Assembly: GCA_035528905.1 (NCBI GenBank)
Contig: DATKXU010000082.1
Span: 57,838 to 121,837, forward strand
Length of the DNA: 64,000 nucleotides
DNA from: Armatimonadota bacterium
GTDB taxonomy: Bacteria; Armatimonadota; UBA5829; DTJY01
Direction of reading: 5' to 3'
In this document: in pieces, positions 1-9,469 of the stretch
Position numbering within the stretch: position 1 is the first letter of the stretch
How the letters are laid out: every line of letters begins with the position of its first letter
Program-made: the position numbers and the translations under genes
The notes under the pieces: model-generated
Told to the model about the DNA's origin: nothing
What the model saw: the letters and a program-made list of their open reading frames with translations, nothing else
Database searches by the model: none

Positions 1-2
1 TC

Positions 3-1205
3 GGCTGGTGGGCGCACTACGTCTTCAATACGGGCTTCATCTTGTGGAATTTGGGCAATCACTATCGCCTCACCGGTGACCGCGCATGGCTGGAGCAGGT
101 GATCCCGAACATGATCAGGGCTTGCGACTGGCTGGCCGAGCAGCGCAGGACCACCGTGGCGAAGGGTTTGAACGGGCGGCCTGTGATGGAATCCGGCTTC
201 TTCCCGCCGTGTCGCCTTGAGGACGAAGGCCGCTGGTTCTATTGGGTGATGACGAACGGCTACTCCTACCTGGGCATGAGCACGGCAGCGGAATTGCTTG
301 CGGAGATCGGCCATCCTGATGCCGGACGAATCGCAGATGAGGCGAAGGCTTACCTGAAGGATCTGCGCCGGGGAATCGGCGAGAGCATCGTGCGCTGCCC
401 GGTCATGAGACTCCGCGATGGGAGCTATGTGCCCTATATCCCCAAGCACCTGTACCAGCGCGAGAGGTCAAAAGGTCATTACGAAGCCGAGCTGGGAGCT
501 TTGCACCTCCTGACTGACGGCGTCTATAAGCCTGATAGCCGCGAGATGGACTGGACGCTTGCGTTCCATGAGGACGTCGTCTATATCAGGGCGTGGAAGG
601 ACTCGATCATCTCCTACACAAACATCGAGCGTGACTGGTTCGACCTTGGTGGCTACGGCAAGACTCAGCCGTATCTCGCGCATACGCAGCTCGCCTACCT
701 GCGCCGGGATCAGCCGAAGCTCTTCCTGCGCTCTTTCTGGAACCAGCTCGTCGCCCAGAACTTCAGCGACGTGAACGCCTTCCCGGAGCACATCTGCTGG
801 CACGGACTGGCCGACTGCAAGACCTACGAAGAGGCTATGTGGCTCCAGCAATTCCGATCAATGTTAGTTCTGGATGAGGATGGCAAGCTGCGCCTGTCGG
901 TCGCTGCGCCGCGGGAGTGGTTCGAGGACGGAAAGACGATTTGTGTGAAGAACGCGCCGACCTTCTTCGGCCCGGTGAGCTATGAGATTCGCTCGGCGGC
1001 GAAGAGCGGCACGATCAAGGCTCGCATAGAGTTCGCGCCTCGCAAGAGGCCGAAGAGCTTCAACATACGCTTCCGGCATCCGAGCGAGGCGCGGATGAAG
1101 CGCGTCACGATGGACGGCAAGCCGTGGCGCCACTTCGACGCCGCAAACGAGACAATAGAGCTGCCCGTGCGGAAGGCAGCGTTCGAGGTGGTCGCTCACT
1201 ATTAG
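3..1205 (+). CDS. Glycoside-hydrolase-like protein, C-terminal portion; 5' end lies outside the window
   Basis: ORF is open from the first in-frame codon of the window (GWWAHYVFNTGF...). The aromatic-rich sequence with a C-terminal beta-sandwich-like tail resembles (alpha/alpha)6-barrel glycosidases. Family not recognised with confidence. Confidence 0.35.
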   Translation, partial: GWWAHYVFNTGFILWNLGNHYRLTGDRAWLEQVIPNMIRACDWLAEQRRTTVAKGLNGRPVMESGFFPPCRLEDEGRWFYWVMTNGYSYLGMSTAAELLAEIGHPDAGRIADEAKAYLKDLRRGIGESIVRCPVMRLRDGSYVPYIPKHLYQRERSKGHYEAELGALHLLTDGVYKPDSREMDWTLAFHEDVVYIRAWKDSIISYTNIERDWFDLGGYGKTQPYLAHTQLAYLRRDQPKLFLRSFWNQLVAQNFSDVNAFPEHICWHGLADCKTYEEAMWLQQFRSMLVLDEDGKLRLSVAAPREWFEDGKTICVKNAPTFFGPVSYEIRSAAKSGTIKARIEFAPRKRPKSFNIRFRHPSEARMKRVTMDGKPWRHFDAANETIELPVRKAAFEVVAHY

Positions 1206-1338
1206 GCGCTACAAGCAGTCCGGTAATAGGCCGCAGACTGCATGATTGGTATGAGCGTATGGGAGAATGGGGGAAACCTGGAATTTTGAGACTTGAAACC
1301 CGGATCCTTCAGGCAGTACGCATCACGAGTATGACCTG

Positions 1339-2370
1339 CTAGATCCGCACAATGACACGGAGCGCTCCGTCCTTCCGGTCGCGTGCGATCTGGAAGGCTT
1401 CGTCCAGTCGCTCAAGAGGGAAACGGTGGGTAATATAGGACGCAAGGTCTGCCTTGCCCTCTTCCACCAGCCGGATCGCGCGGCCAAGCGTGTCCTTGCT
1501 CCTTCGAAGCAAGCGAATTGTGAGCCCTTTGCGCCGGACGGTGCCCGCTCCGAGGACAATGCGGTCGTCGCTCGGGATGCCGCCCAGGATCACAAGCCCG
1601 CCCGGGCGAACCATCTCAGTAGCCTGGACGACGGCGTCGTTCTCGCCGGCAGCCTCGAAGACGATATCCAGCCCTTCCCTGCCAGCGGCCTGCGTCACAG
1701 CCTCCGCAACGCTCGCGTCACGGGCATCGAAGACCCGGCCTGCGCCCAGGCGACGTGCAAGCTCCAGGCGCGCGGGAATGAGATCGGTCGCGAACGTCTC
1801 GCCGCAACCGGCGGCCCTCGCAGCCTGTAGAATGGACAGGCCGATCGCGCCTGCCCCGAGCACCCCGATCGTCTTGCAGCGGATGTCGCCGGCTATGTCA
1901 ATCGCATATACGCCGATCGCTAGCGGCTCGAGCATCGCAGCCTCGCCCATGCTGATGGAACCGGGTATTGGCTCTACAAGCCGAGCAGGCCAGGTCAGGA
2001 ACTCGCGGAACCCACCGTCCGTCGGCGGCGTGCCGCAGAACCTCACGTTCGGGCAGATGTTGTATGCGCCTTCAGCGCAAATATCGCATTGATAGCAAGG
2101 GACTCCGGGCTCGACGGCGACCCGGTCGCCGGGCTTCACATTGGTCACGCCAGAACCAACCTCGGCAATAACTCCTGCAAACTCGTGGCCGAGGATGAGC
2201 GGCTCGGTCATGACCGTGTCGCCCATGTGCCCGTCCTGGTACCAATGGACGTCGGATGCGCAGATCCCGACCTCCCTTACTTCTACTAAGACCTCACCCA
2301 GGCCCGGTACCGGCCTCTCAACCTCCACCAGACGGAAATCACCCGGCGCATATAGCTTCGCCGCTCGCAT
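1339..2370 (-). CDS. Zn-dependent alcohol dehydrogenase, MDR superfamily (sorbitol / L-threonine dehydrogenase-like)
   Basis: GHEFAGVI catalytic-Zn motif, structural-Zn Cys cluster (CYQCDICAEGAYNIC), GxGxxG Rossmann motif (GVLGAGAIG); 343 aa. Confidence 0.85.
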   Translation of the reverse strand: MRAAKLYAPGDFRLVEVERPVPGLGEVLVEVREVGICASDVHWYQDGHMGDTVMTEPLILGHEFAGVIAEVGSGVTNVKPGDRVAVEPGVPCYQCDICAEGAYNICPNVRFCGTPPTDGGFREFLTWPARLVEPIPGSISMGEAAMLEPLAIGVYAIDIAGDIRCKTIGVLGAGAIGLSILQAARAAGCGETFATDLIPARLELARRLGAGRVFDARDASVAEAVTQAAGREGLDIVFEAAGENDAVVQATEMVRPGGLVILGGIPSDDRIVLGAGTVRRKGLTIRLLRRSKDTLGRAIRLVEEGKADLASYITHRFPLERLDEAFQIARDRKDGALRVIVRI

Positions 2371-2562
2371 AGATCACCTCTGAAAGACAAGGCACGAGTT
2401 CTGACGCGTGACCCTTCGGCATATTCGACGACGGCGCGTCGCGTACCTCTGAGGATTCTGGCAGACAGGATTACCCCGCAGTCGGTTGGTGGGTCGGCCA
2501 TGAGGAAACCTTACGAGGCCAAGACGCAGTCACCACAAGGCGTCAGGACGCTGCTGTGACTC

Positions 2563-2895
2563 CTAATCGCCGGGGAGACCGTCGGTGGACGAGAGCATGT
2601 TGAATACGGTATCCAAGCCGGAAATCCGGAAGATCCTCAGCACCGTTCCCTTCGCACCGCAGATGCTTAGACGGACACGCTCCCCGGCGGACTCACGCGC
2701 CCTAATCAACACCTTTATGCCCTCGGAATCCAGATAGGAGCATTTTTCCAGATCAACTGCAAGGTGCGTCCCGCCAGCGGTGATGAGCTGCTGAAGGCAA
2801 GTGTCAAGATCCGGCGCAGTGTATACATCAAGGTCACCCAGGACCCTCACGATCGAGGCATTACCTCGATATTGCACATCCAGTGCAAAACGCAT
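2563..2895 (-). CDS. STAS-domain anti-sigma-factor antagonist (SpoIIAA-like)
   Basis: 110 aa. ...CSYLDSEGIKVLI... carries the conserved phosphorylatable Ser/Asp-Ser region of STAS proteins. Confidence 0.75.
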   Translation of the reverse strand: MRFALDVQYRGNASIVRVLGDLDVYTAPDLDTCLQQLITAGGTHLAVDLEKCSYLDSEGIKVLIRARESAGERVRLSICGAKGTVLRIFRISGLDTVFNMLSSTDGLPGD

Positions 2896-3067
2896 CGGCT
2901 ATCCCCGCATCTTTCAAGGGATTGGCGCCATCCGTGGCTCGCCGGACAACGCGAGTATCGCTGTATTCACAGGTTAGCACTAACCAGCAGAAAAGTCAAG
3001 CGGTTTATTAGAATAGATCGCCATTAGGTAGCCGTCAATGACCGGTGGGCAAACCCCGGCCTCTGTC

Positions 3068-4810
3068 CTATGCGTGGCAGACGCCGCACCGCCGGCACTT
3101 ACCGACTATACAGGCAGGAGTGGGCGCAGCGTTCATCGCACGCTCGTACTCCCGCCAAAGATACTGCTTCCTGACACCCAGGTCAAGGTGGTCCCATGGG
3201 AACACCTCATCCTTGTGCCGGGCTCTCTGAGCATAGAAAACCGAGCTAACGCCCGCCTTCCGAAACGCCGCCCGCCAGCTAACATCCTCTCGATTCAGGA
3301 TCAGCAGAGCATCTTGCAGCCGACGGTCACCTCTCGCGAGGACTCCTTGCACCACCGCCTCCCGTGCGCTCTCACCCGCAACCTCGACAGCCCTTATGGA
3401 CGAGAGAGACCGACGCAGGCTGGACATCTTCTCTCTCAACTGCTTCTCGCTGTCCATGGAAGCCCACTGAAAAGGCGTCCAAGGCTTCGGGACAAAGCAG
3501 CTTATGGAGACGATGAGCTTCTCCCACGGGAACATCCCAGCAATATGCGACATCACATACGGAATCCCGGCCAGGTCTTCGACGGACTCGGTCGGGAGGC
3601 CCACCATGAAGTACAGCTTCAGCCTGCGGAATCCTCCATCCCAGGCGGTGGCAGCAGCGCCGAATATCTCCTCGTCGGCCATCGCTTTGTTTACGGCCAA
3701 CCGAAGCCTGGCGGTTCCCGCCTCAGGCGCGATCGTCAGTGTCTCATGGCCGCCCTTATGGAGGGTCTCGGCGATGTCCCGATTGAGCGTATCCGCGCGG
3801 GTAGACGATATCGAGAAGAGCCGCCCGCGCTCAACCAGCGACCGGCAGATCGAGAGAGAACTCGGATGATCGAATATTGACGGGCTGAGAAGCCCAATCC
3901 TTGGGTGCCGGACGGCACGCTCGGCAGCTTTCTCCTCTATCCGGCGGATGCCGCCAAGCACAGCCCGCGGCGAGATCGCCCTCGGAGGCAGGTACGCGTA
4001 GCCCGCCATACAAAAGCGGCATTGACGCCCACACCCTCTGGCAACCTCCGCCAGAACCATACTCGAGAATTCGGTCTCCGGCGTGAGTATCGCGCTCGTC
4101 GCCGGATACGCTTCGAGCGACGGGGCCCAGCGCCGTCGCACCCTCTCGGGAACCCCAGAAGTTGTCCGCACCCGCCGGATCGTACCGTCTTCCTTGTACT
4201 CCGGCTCGTAGAACCGGGGAACGTACACGCCGCCCACTTCAGCCAGTTTCAGGAGAAGCTCCATCCGGTCGCTCTGCTGGTATTCGAGCAGCACACGGGC
4301 CAGACCCGGCAAAACCTCTTCCGCCTCGCCGATCACGAACGCATCTATGAACGGGGACATAGGCTCCGGATTGAACGTCGCCGCCGGGCCGCCAGCGATG
4401 ACGAGCGGAGAACCTTTCCGGGCGAAACGCAGGCTCGAGGTCTCCTCCAGCCCGGAAAGCGTGAGCATCCTCAGCACATTGGGATAGTCGAGCTCGTATG
4501 AAAGCGAGAAAGCGAGGACATCGAAGTCGCGCACCTTCGTCCGGGATTCCATGGTGAAGAGCGGCGATCCGGACCGTTTGAGGTCATCTAGATCGGGTGG
4601 GTCAGGCAGAAAGACGCGCTCGCAGACGACTTCCTCATGGTCATTCAGCAGCCTGTAGACCACCTGAAACCCGAGGTTGGACATGCCTACGTAATACGTG
4701 TTGGGAAACGCCAGCGCGAACCTGAGCCTGCCTGCATGAGACTTGTAGACAGTCCCGACTTCCCTGCCCAGGCGCTCCCTGGTCTTCCCAATCAACCGCC
4801 GTGCCGCCAT
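3068..4810 (-). CDS. Radical SAM protein, TIGR03960-like (uncharacterised radical-SAM-linked family)
   Basis: CxxxCxxC (CGRQCRFC) radical SAM motif. N-terminal RLRFALAFPNTYYVGMSNLGFQVVY is typical of this family. Start moved to ATG 4810 (MAARRLIGK); the track ORF begins inside an upstream hairpin. Confidence 0.7.
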   Translation of the reverse strand: MAARRLIGKTRERLGREVGTVYKSHAGRLRFALAFPNTYYVGMSNLGFQVVYRLLNDHEEVVCERVFLPDPPDLDDLKRSGSPLFTMESRTKVRDFDVLAFSLSYELDYPNVLRMLTLSGLEETSSLRFARKGSPLVIAGGPAATFNPEPMSPFIDAFVIGEAEEVLPGLARVLLEYQQSDRMELLLKLAEVGGVYVPRFYEPEYKEDGTIRRVRTTSGVPERVRRRWAPSLEAYPATSAILTPETEFSSMVLAEVARGCGRQCRFCMAGYAYLPPRAISPRAVLGGIRRIEEKAAERAVRHPRIGLLSPSIFDHPSSLSICRSLVERGRLFSISSTRADTLNRDIAETLHKGGHETLTIAPEAGTARLRLAVNKAMADEEIFGAAATAWDGGFRRLKLYFMVGLPTESVEDLAGIPYVMSHIAGMFPWEKLIVSISCFVPKPWTPFQWASMDSEKQLREKMSSLRRSLSSIRAVEVAGESAREAVVQGVLARGDRRLQDALLILNREDVSWRAAFRKAGVSSVFYAQRARHKDEVFPWDHLDLGVRKQYLWREYERAMNAAPTPACIVGKCRRCGVCHA

Positions 4811-4851
4811 ACATGCCTCACAAAAGAAACGAGCAAACTGGCTTCCAGCGG

Positions 4852-4920
4852 CTGGTTCATAGTTGCTGGAGGAAAGGAGCCTGATCGGCACACATCCGCT
4901 TTCCAGCAACTATGAACCAG
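4852..4920. repeat. 19-bp perfect inverted repeat (ctggttcatagttgctgga ... tccagcaactatgaaccag) with a 31-nt loop, between the ftsZ stop and the radical SAM start
   Basis: Read directly from the sequence. No U-tract on either strand, so not a canonical intrinsic terminator. Confidence 0.6.
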
Positions 4921-4970
4921 CCACTAGAGATGCAGTTTGCTCAGTTCTTGCGTGTTGGAACGATCTGCTG

Positions 4971-6023
4971 TTATCTACGTCGCAGGAACGCCGGAATGTC
5001 CAACTCCTCGGCCACTCCGTCCACGGAAATCCGCTCGCGAGCCGCCATACGCTCCGACCTGACAGCACGACCGCCATCGAATCCCGTGGCGAGGACGGTC
5101 ACCTGAATCGAGCCGTCGAACCGGTCGCTGATAACCGTGCCGAAAATGATGTTCGCCTCGCGCTCGTCCGTAGCCTTGAAGATGACATCGGCAGCCTCGT
5201 AAACCTCCGCGAGTGTCAGGTCCGAGCCGCCTGTGATGTTCATCAGCACGCCCCTTGCTCCATCAATGGTGGTCTCCAGGAGCGGGCTCGCGATGGCGGC
5301 CTGGGCGGCTTCGACTGCTCTGTGCTCGCCCGTAGCCTGACCTATGCCCATGAGCGCGGACCCAGAGTCCGCCATAACAGCCTTCACATCGGCGAAATCC
5401 ACATTGATCATGCCGGGGATAGTGATTATGTCGGAAATCCCCTGGACGCCCTGCCTGAGCACGTCGTCCGCCATTCGGAAGGCTTCCAACAGTGTGGACT
5501 TCTTTTCAGTAACGCTGAGCAGGCGATCATTCGGGATCACGATAATCGTGTCCACCTTGTCTCGCAGGGAATCAATCCCCTCTTCCGCCACCCTCGCTCT
5601 CCTCGGACCCTCAAAGCTGAACGGCTTCGTGATGACTCCCACGGTCAGAGCGCCCAGTTCCCGAGCCATCTGAGCGACGATAGGCGCCGCGCCCGTCCCG
5701 GTGCCGCCGCCCATACCGGCCGTGACGAACACCATGTCCGCGCCTTCGAGCGACTTCTTTATATCCTGCTTGCTCTCCTCGGCCGCATTGCGCCCGATCT
5801 CCGGGTCGCCGCCAGCGCCCAGGCCCTTCGTCAGACTCTGCCCGAGCTGCAGTTTCTCCTCAGCACCCGACGCGCTCAGGACCTGAAGATCGGTGTTCAT
5901 TGCCAGGAAACCAACGCCGGACACGCTACACTCTATCATGCGGTTGACAGCGTTGGTACCTCCCCCGCCGATGCCTACAACCTTGATCGCCGCACCGTGG
6001 TCGTAACCTCCTGCCTGTGCCAT
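4971..6023 (-). CDS. ftsZ: Cell division protein FtsZ
   Basis: GGGTGTG tubulin signature and NTDLQVL motif; 350 aa; sits at the end of the dcw cluster. Confidence 0.97.
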   Translation of the reverse strand: MAQAGGYDHGAAIKVVGIGGGGTNAVNRMIECSVSGVGFLAMNTDLQVLSASGAEEKLQLGQSLTKGLGAGGDPEIGRNAAEESKQDIKKSLEGADMVFVTAGMGGGTGTGAAPIVAQMARELGALTVGVITKPFSFEGPRRARVAEEGIDSLRDKVDTIIVIPNDRLLSVTEKKSTLLEAFRMADDVLRQGVQGISDIITIPGMINVDFADVKAVMADSGSALMGIGQATGEHRAVEAAQAAIASPLLETTIDGARGVLMNITGGSDLTLAEVYEAADVIFKATDEREANIIFGTVISDRFDGSIQVTVLATGFDGGRAVRSERMAARERISVDGVAEELDIPAFLRRR

Positions 6024-6061
6024 TTGCTATGCCCCCCTTTTCTTTTTGAAAACTGTAAAAC

Positions 6062-7300
6062 CTACTCTCCGCCAATTCTGGCAAACAACTCTCTGACTCT
6101 CTTCACTATGCCAAGCAGACCAACGCCGCCGTCATCATCCGCTGCGTGCTCTGCATAGTGCCGGATCCAGAACAGCACGAGGCCTACGGCCGTCGCACAC
6201 GCCGGGCTGCTGACCGCGTCTACGAGGCCGCCCACACCACCGGGTATGCCCTCTCGGGCTGGCAGACCGGTTACTCTCGATGCCAGCTCCGGCAGCCCTT
6301 CGAGCTGCGAACCTCCCCCGGTCAGCACCAGCCCGGCCGGTATGCGGTCCTCGCATCCGGCTTCTTCAACTCTCTGCATGACGAGCTGGCAAATCTCGGC
6401 CATTCTGGGCTCGATAATCTCCGCGAGCACTCTTCTCGGAAGCCGCCTAGTCACCATGCTTCCCAGGCTCGCGACCTCGAATGGTTCGAGTCCGTCAGCG
6501 CCGTCGAGCAGTGCGCGGCCATGTTCGATTTTGACGCGCTCGGCCTCATCAATGGCAGCACGCAGGCCGATGGCAATATCCCTTGTGACATGGTTGCCGC
6601 CCACGGGAATTGCCGCCGAGTGATAGATCTGGCCGTCCAGGTAGACAGCCATATCGCTGGTGCCGCCGCCGATATCCGCCAAGGCTATCCCCAGGTCCTT
6701 CTCCGCAGGGAGCAGCACACTCTCACCAGTGGCTATCGGCTCGAGGATGGTTGCCTCGACCGATAGGCCAGCCATGTGCACACATTTTACCACATTCTGG
6801 ATAAAGCTGGAAAGCCCCGTAACGATGTGGGTTTCAACCTCCAGCCGATTACCGTGCATTCCGACGGGCGATCGTACTCCAACCTGGCCATCTACGGAGT
6901 ACCAGCGCGGAATCGCATGTATTATCTCCCGGTCCGGCGGCAGGACGATGACCCTGGCCGAGTCGAGCAAACGGCCAACATCATTGGCTGAAACCTCACT
7001 CGACGGGTGCGTGATTGCGACCACGCTGCGGCTGTTCAGAGAGGCGATATGTTCCCCGGTGACGCCGACCAGCACCGAATGCGCTTCCGCGCCCGCCATT
7101 CTCTCGGCCTTACCGACTGCGTCTCGGATGGCAGCCGTCGTTGACTCCAGGTCAACTACCACGCCCCTCCTCAAACCGGCGCACGGGCTGATGCCAACCC
7201 CGATGACTTTCGCCTGGCTGTCCGGTTCAGCCTCCGCGATAACAGCGCAGACTTTCGTCGTGCCCACGTCGAGGCCAGTTATGAGATGAGTGTGCGCCAC
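6062..7300 (-). CDS. ftsA: Cell division protein FtsA
   Basis: Actin-like ATPase: N-terminal GLDVGTTKVC, DIGGGTSD phosphate-2 motif; directly upstream of ftsZ. Confidence 0.95.
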   Translation of the reverse strand: MAHTHLITGLDVGTTKVCAVIAEAEPDSQAKVIGVGISPCAGLRRGVVVDLESTTAAIRDAVGKAERMAGAEAHSVLVGVTGEHIASLNSRSVVAITHPSSEVSANDVGRLLDSARVIVLPPDREIIHAIPRWYSVDGQVGVRSPVGMHGNRLEVETHIVTGLSSFIQNVVKCVHMAGLSVEATILEPIATGESVLLPAEKDLGIALADIGGGTSDMAVYLDGQIYHSAAIPVGGNHVTRDIAIGLRAAIDEAERVKIEHGRALLDGADGLEPFEVASLGSMVTRRLPRRVLAEIIEPRMAEICQLVMQRVEEAGCEDRIPAGLVLTGGGSQLEGLPELASRVTGLPAREGIPGGVGGLVDAVSSPACATAVGLVLFWIRHYAEHAADDDGGVGLLGIVKRVRELFARIGGE

Positions 7301-7313
7301 GCCGCCTACCTGC

Positions 7314-7670
7314 CTATTGTTCCTTCTTGGCCAAAGCGATCTTGGTCAGCCAGTACCGACGAATGAGCGACACGTTCAGGAAGATCCTACCGCCGATCAC
7401 CACGACAGCGGCCAGGAAGAGATCAACGCCCACCTGTTCTCCGATGTAGGCCAGAAGAACAGCGAGAAGCGTGTTCGCCAGGAAACCCGATATGAAGATG
7501 TCGGTTTGGAATTTCTCCTCGATGCCGGAGCGTATCCCGCCTATTATCGCATCCAAACCCGCCAGAGTAGCCAGGGAGAGATAGCTTGCGTAGGCCGCCG
7601 GCACCGTGACATCGAGGAGATAGATCGCCGCGAAACCTCCGATAAGTCCGATCAACGGCAGCAGGACCAT
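7314..7670 (-). CDS. sbp: Small basic protein Sbp (DUF1290), division-cluster membrane protein
   Basis: 118-aa, 3-4 TM, basic C-terminus; lies between the DUF881 gene and ftsA, as in Firmicutes divIB-ylxW-ylxX-sbp-ftsA. Confidence 0.55.
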   Translation of the reverse strand: MVLLPLIGLIGGFAAIYLLDVTVPAAYASYLSLATLAGLDAIIGGIRSGIEEKFQTDIFISGFLANTLLAVLLAYIGEQVGVDLFLAAVVVIGGRIFLNVSLIRRYWLTKIALAKKEQ

Positions 7671-7672
7671 TT

Positions 7673-8491
7673 CTAGTGCTTCCTTTCCGAGTCCACCGGC
7701 GCCGCATATAGGAACAGGGAACTGGTACTCCCGGAGTAGGCCGAGACAACCACATGGTCTCTTCGTTTTACCTTCACCATCTGCGACGCAAGCCCCTTGG
7801 TCGCACGCCAGTTATCGAGAATGCCGTTTGGCATCCTGAGCCCTGATTCCAGAGTGTTCGGCGGACCGACGGCTGTTATGACAAAAGGAGAGGCCATATC
7901 AACGTGATTGATCTGTATCGAACCTCCGACGCAACGTACGGCAGTTGAAGCGATGATGCGCTGTTCAGTATCCAGGTCGCGTATGCTTATCGCCTCCGCT
8001 CCGTTTGCGAAGAGCTCGTTTACGATATCGCGAATGTCCATGTCGTGGACTATGTAGTCGTCCTTGAGCACCGCCAGCGTGTCAGCGGGTATTCGGCCGA
8101 GGTAGTCTTGCAGGGTAACCTCCACGCCTTTGCCTTCCACGGGCATCAGGCCTGCGAGGAGTTTGACCCTCTGCAACTCCTCGGTGATGAGCCCGACCTC
8201 GGTCGTCTTCTTACCCCGGGCTTGCTGATAGTCGTCAATCTTCGCACGCAGGTCCGTAATCTCATTCCGCAGGAGTTTATTCTTGTCCTTCTCGTCAAGC
8301 AGTGCCTGTGCGAGCCCAGAAAAACGCGTGGTGGGGATACCGGAAATGCGTCGAACGCTCCACTGTGTTTTCAGTGCGGCGGCGAGAAGCATACCCAGTA
8401 TGAGACTTAGTATGGTCACCTGCCAAATCCATCCGCTGCGCTTGGGGTCGAGCGGTGCCATAGCCGAACAGTGCCTCCTGCAAGAGGACAT
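7673..8491 (-). CDS. DUF881-family (YlxW/YlxX-like) division-associated protein
   Basis: N-terminal TM, then coiled coil, then a C-terminal domain with AEAISIxD-type motif; position between ftsQ and sbp matches the Firmicutes ylxW/ylxX locus. Confidence 0.55.
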   Translation of the reverse strand: MSSCRRHCSAMAPLDPKRSGWIWQVTILSLILGMLLAAALKTQWSVRRISGIPTTRFSGLAQALLDEKDKNKLLRNEITDLRAKIDDYQQARGKKTTEVGLITEELQRVKLLAGLMPVEGKGVEVTLQDYLGRIPADTLAVLKDDYIVHDMDIRDIVNELFANGAEAISIRDLDTEQRIIASTAVRCVGGSIQINHVDMASPFVITAVGPPNTLESGLRMPNGILDNWRATKGLASQMVKVKRRDHVVVSAYSGSTSSLFLYAAPVDSERKH

Positions 8492-8689
8492 ACTCCCACT
8501 TCATTGGGGGACGGTAACGGAAGCCGGACCAGGCGCATGCGCCGCGCTGCAAACAATCGCCACCCGAAACCCTTCCGCGAGACGTCACGGGTGTCCAGTG
8601 AGAAGTTGCTTCTCGATACGCAGCAGGCTGTCAACGGCAGCATTCGGGACGGCCGACCAACCCAGAGAACCGCGTGGAAGCAGAAAAGG

Positions 8690-9469
8690 CTATTCCTTGT
8701 ACTTCAATGCGGGAGCCTCAGGAACAGTCAAATCTATATACGCCCCGCGCTGCCGAAACTCAGGAATCTGCTCAACCACCCGCGCGGCCATGTCGAGCTT
8801 GGCAGAAAGCTGCTCTGGCCTTCCCAGCTTGACCTGAAATCCGTCGCGAACATTTAAACACAAATCATTGCTTTGGTCAACGGTTATTTCGGCGACCTGG
8901 AAAATCTTTTTTTCGCGCACGAGAAGCAAGCACTTCCTGGCAGTGTTAAACGAGGAAGCCCTTATGGGGCGGCCAAGTACGATATGCCGCGGCACTTTGC
9001 ACGAGAGAATCGGCACCCCCGCTTTCGGATGCTCGGCGACGCGGAATGGCACCCCCGTAGAGTCAACCTCATACACGGCGCCGGTCGCATTCAGTATGAG
9101 ATCGGGCGTCCGCTCCACAATACGGACGATCAGTATATCCGGCAGCCTCCGATAGAGCCGTACTTCATTCACAACCGGATTCTCCATCACCCGATCAGCC
9201 ATAGCGCGTTTGTCTATGCGGAATATGTTCGTGCCTGGCCGCAAGCTGAGTCGCCGCGAAATGTCGTTGGAGGCGACCGTCTCGTTGCCAGTGAACCGTA
9301 TCCTCTTGATGCTGAACCACGGGGAGGTAAACGCGGCCACTCCAAGTTCGACCAATAGCATCACGAACAGCGCGGAGAGGATAAAGCGTTTCGCGTTGAG
9401 GACGTATCGCTTCCGGGCCCTGCGGCGAGCAAAGGATACTGGCTCGGAGCGTCTCTTCATGAGAGTCAT
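8690..9469 (-). CDS. ftsQ: Cell division protein FtsQ/DivIB (POTRA domain)
   Basis: Single TM followed by a POTRA-like segment (IKRIRFTGNETVASNDI...); follows ddl in the dcw order. Confidence 0.85.
   Translation of the reverse strand: MTLMKRRSEPVSFARRRARKRYVLNAKRFILSALFVMLLVELGVAAFTSPWFSIKRIRFTGNETVASNDISRRLSLRPGTNIFRIDKRAMADRVMENPVVNEVRLYRRLPDILIVRIVERTPDLILNATGAVYEVDSTGVPFRVAEHPKAGVPILSCKVPRHIVLGRPIRASSFNTARKCLLLVREKKIFQVAEITVDQSNDLCLNVRDGFQVKLGRPEQLSAKLDMAARVVEQIPEFRQRGAYIDLTVPEAPALKYKE

Noticed and set aside
4863-6158. 431-aa plus-strand ORF antisense to ftsZ. Similar long antisense ORFs: 15094..17019 (641 aa), 11306..12574 (422 aa), 20481..21458 (325 aa), 56021..57055 (344 aa), 34137..35471 (444 aa).
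   Set aside because: Each is antisense to a strongly supported conserved gene. They are Arg/Pro/Gly/His-rich with no recognisable motifs and no RBS, which is the usual stop-codon-poor antisense artefact of a 63% GC genome.
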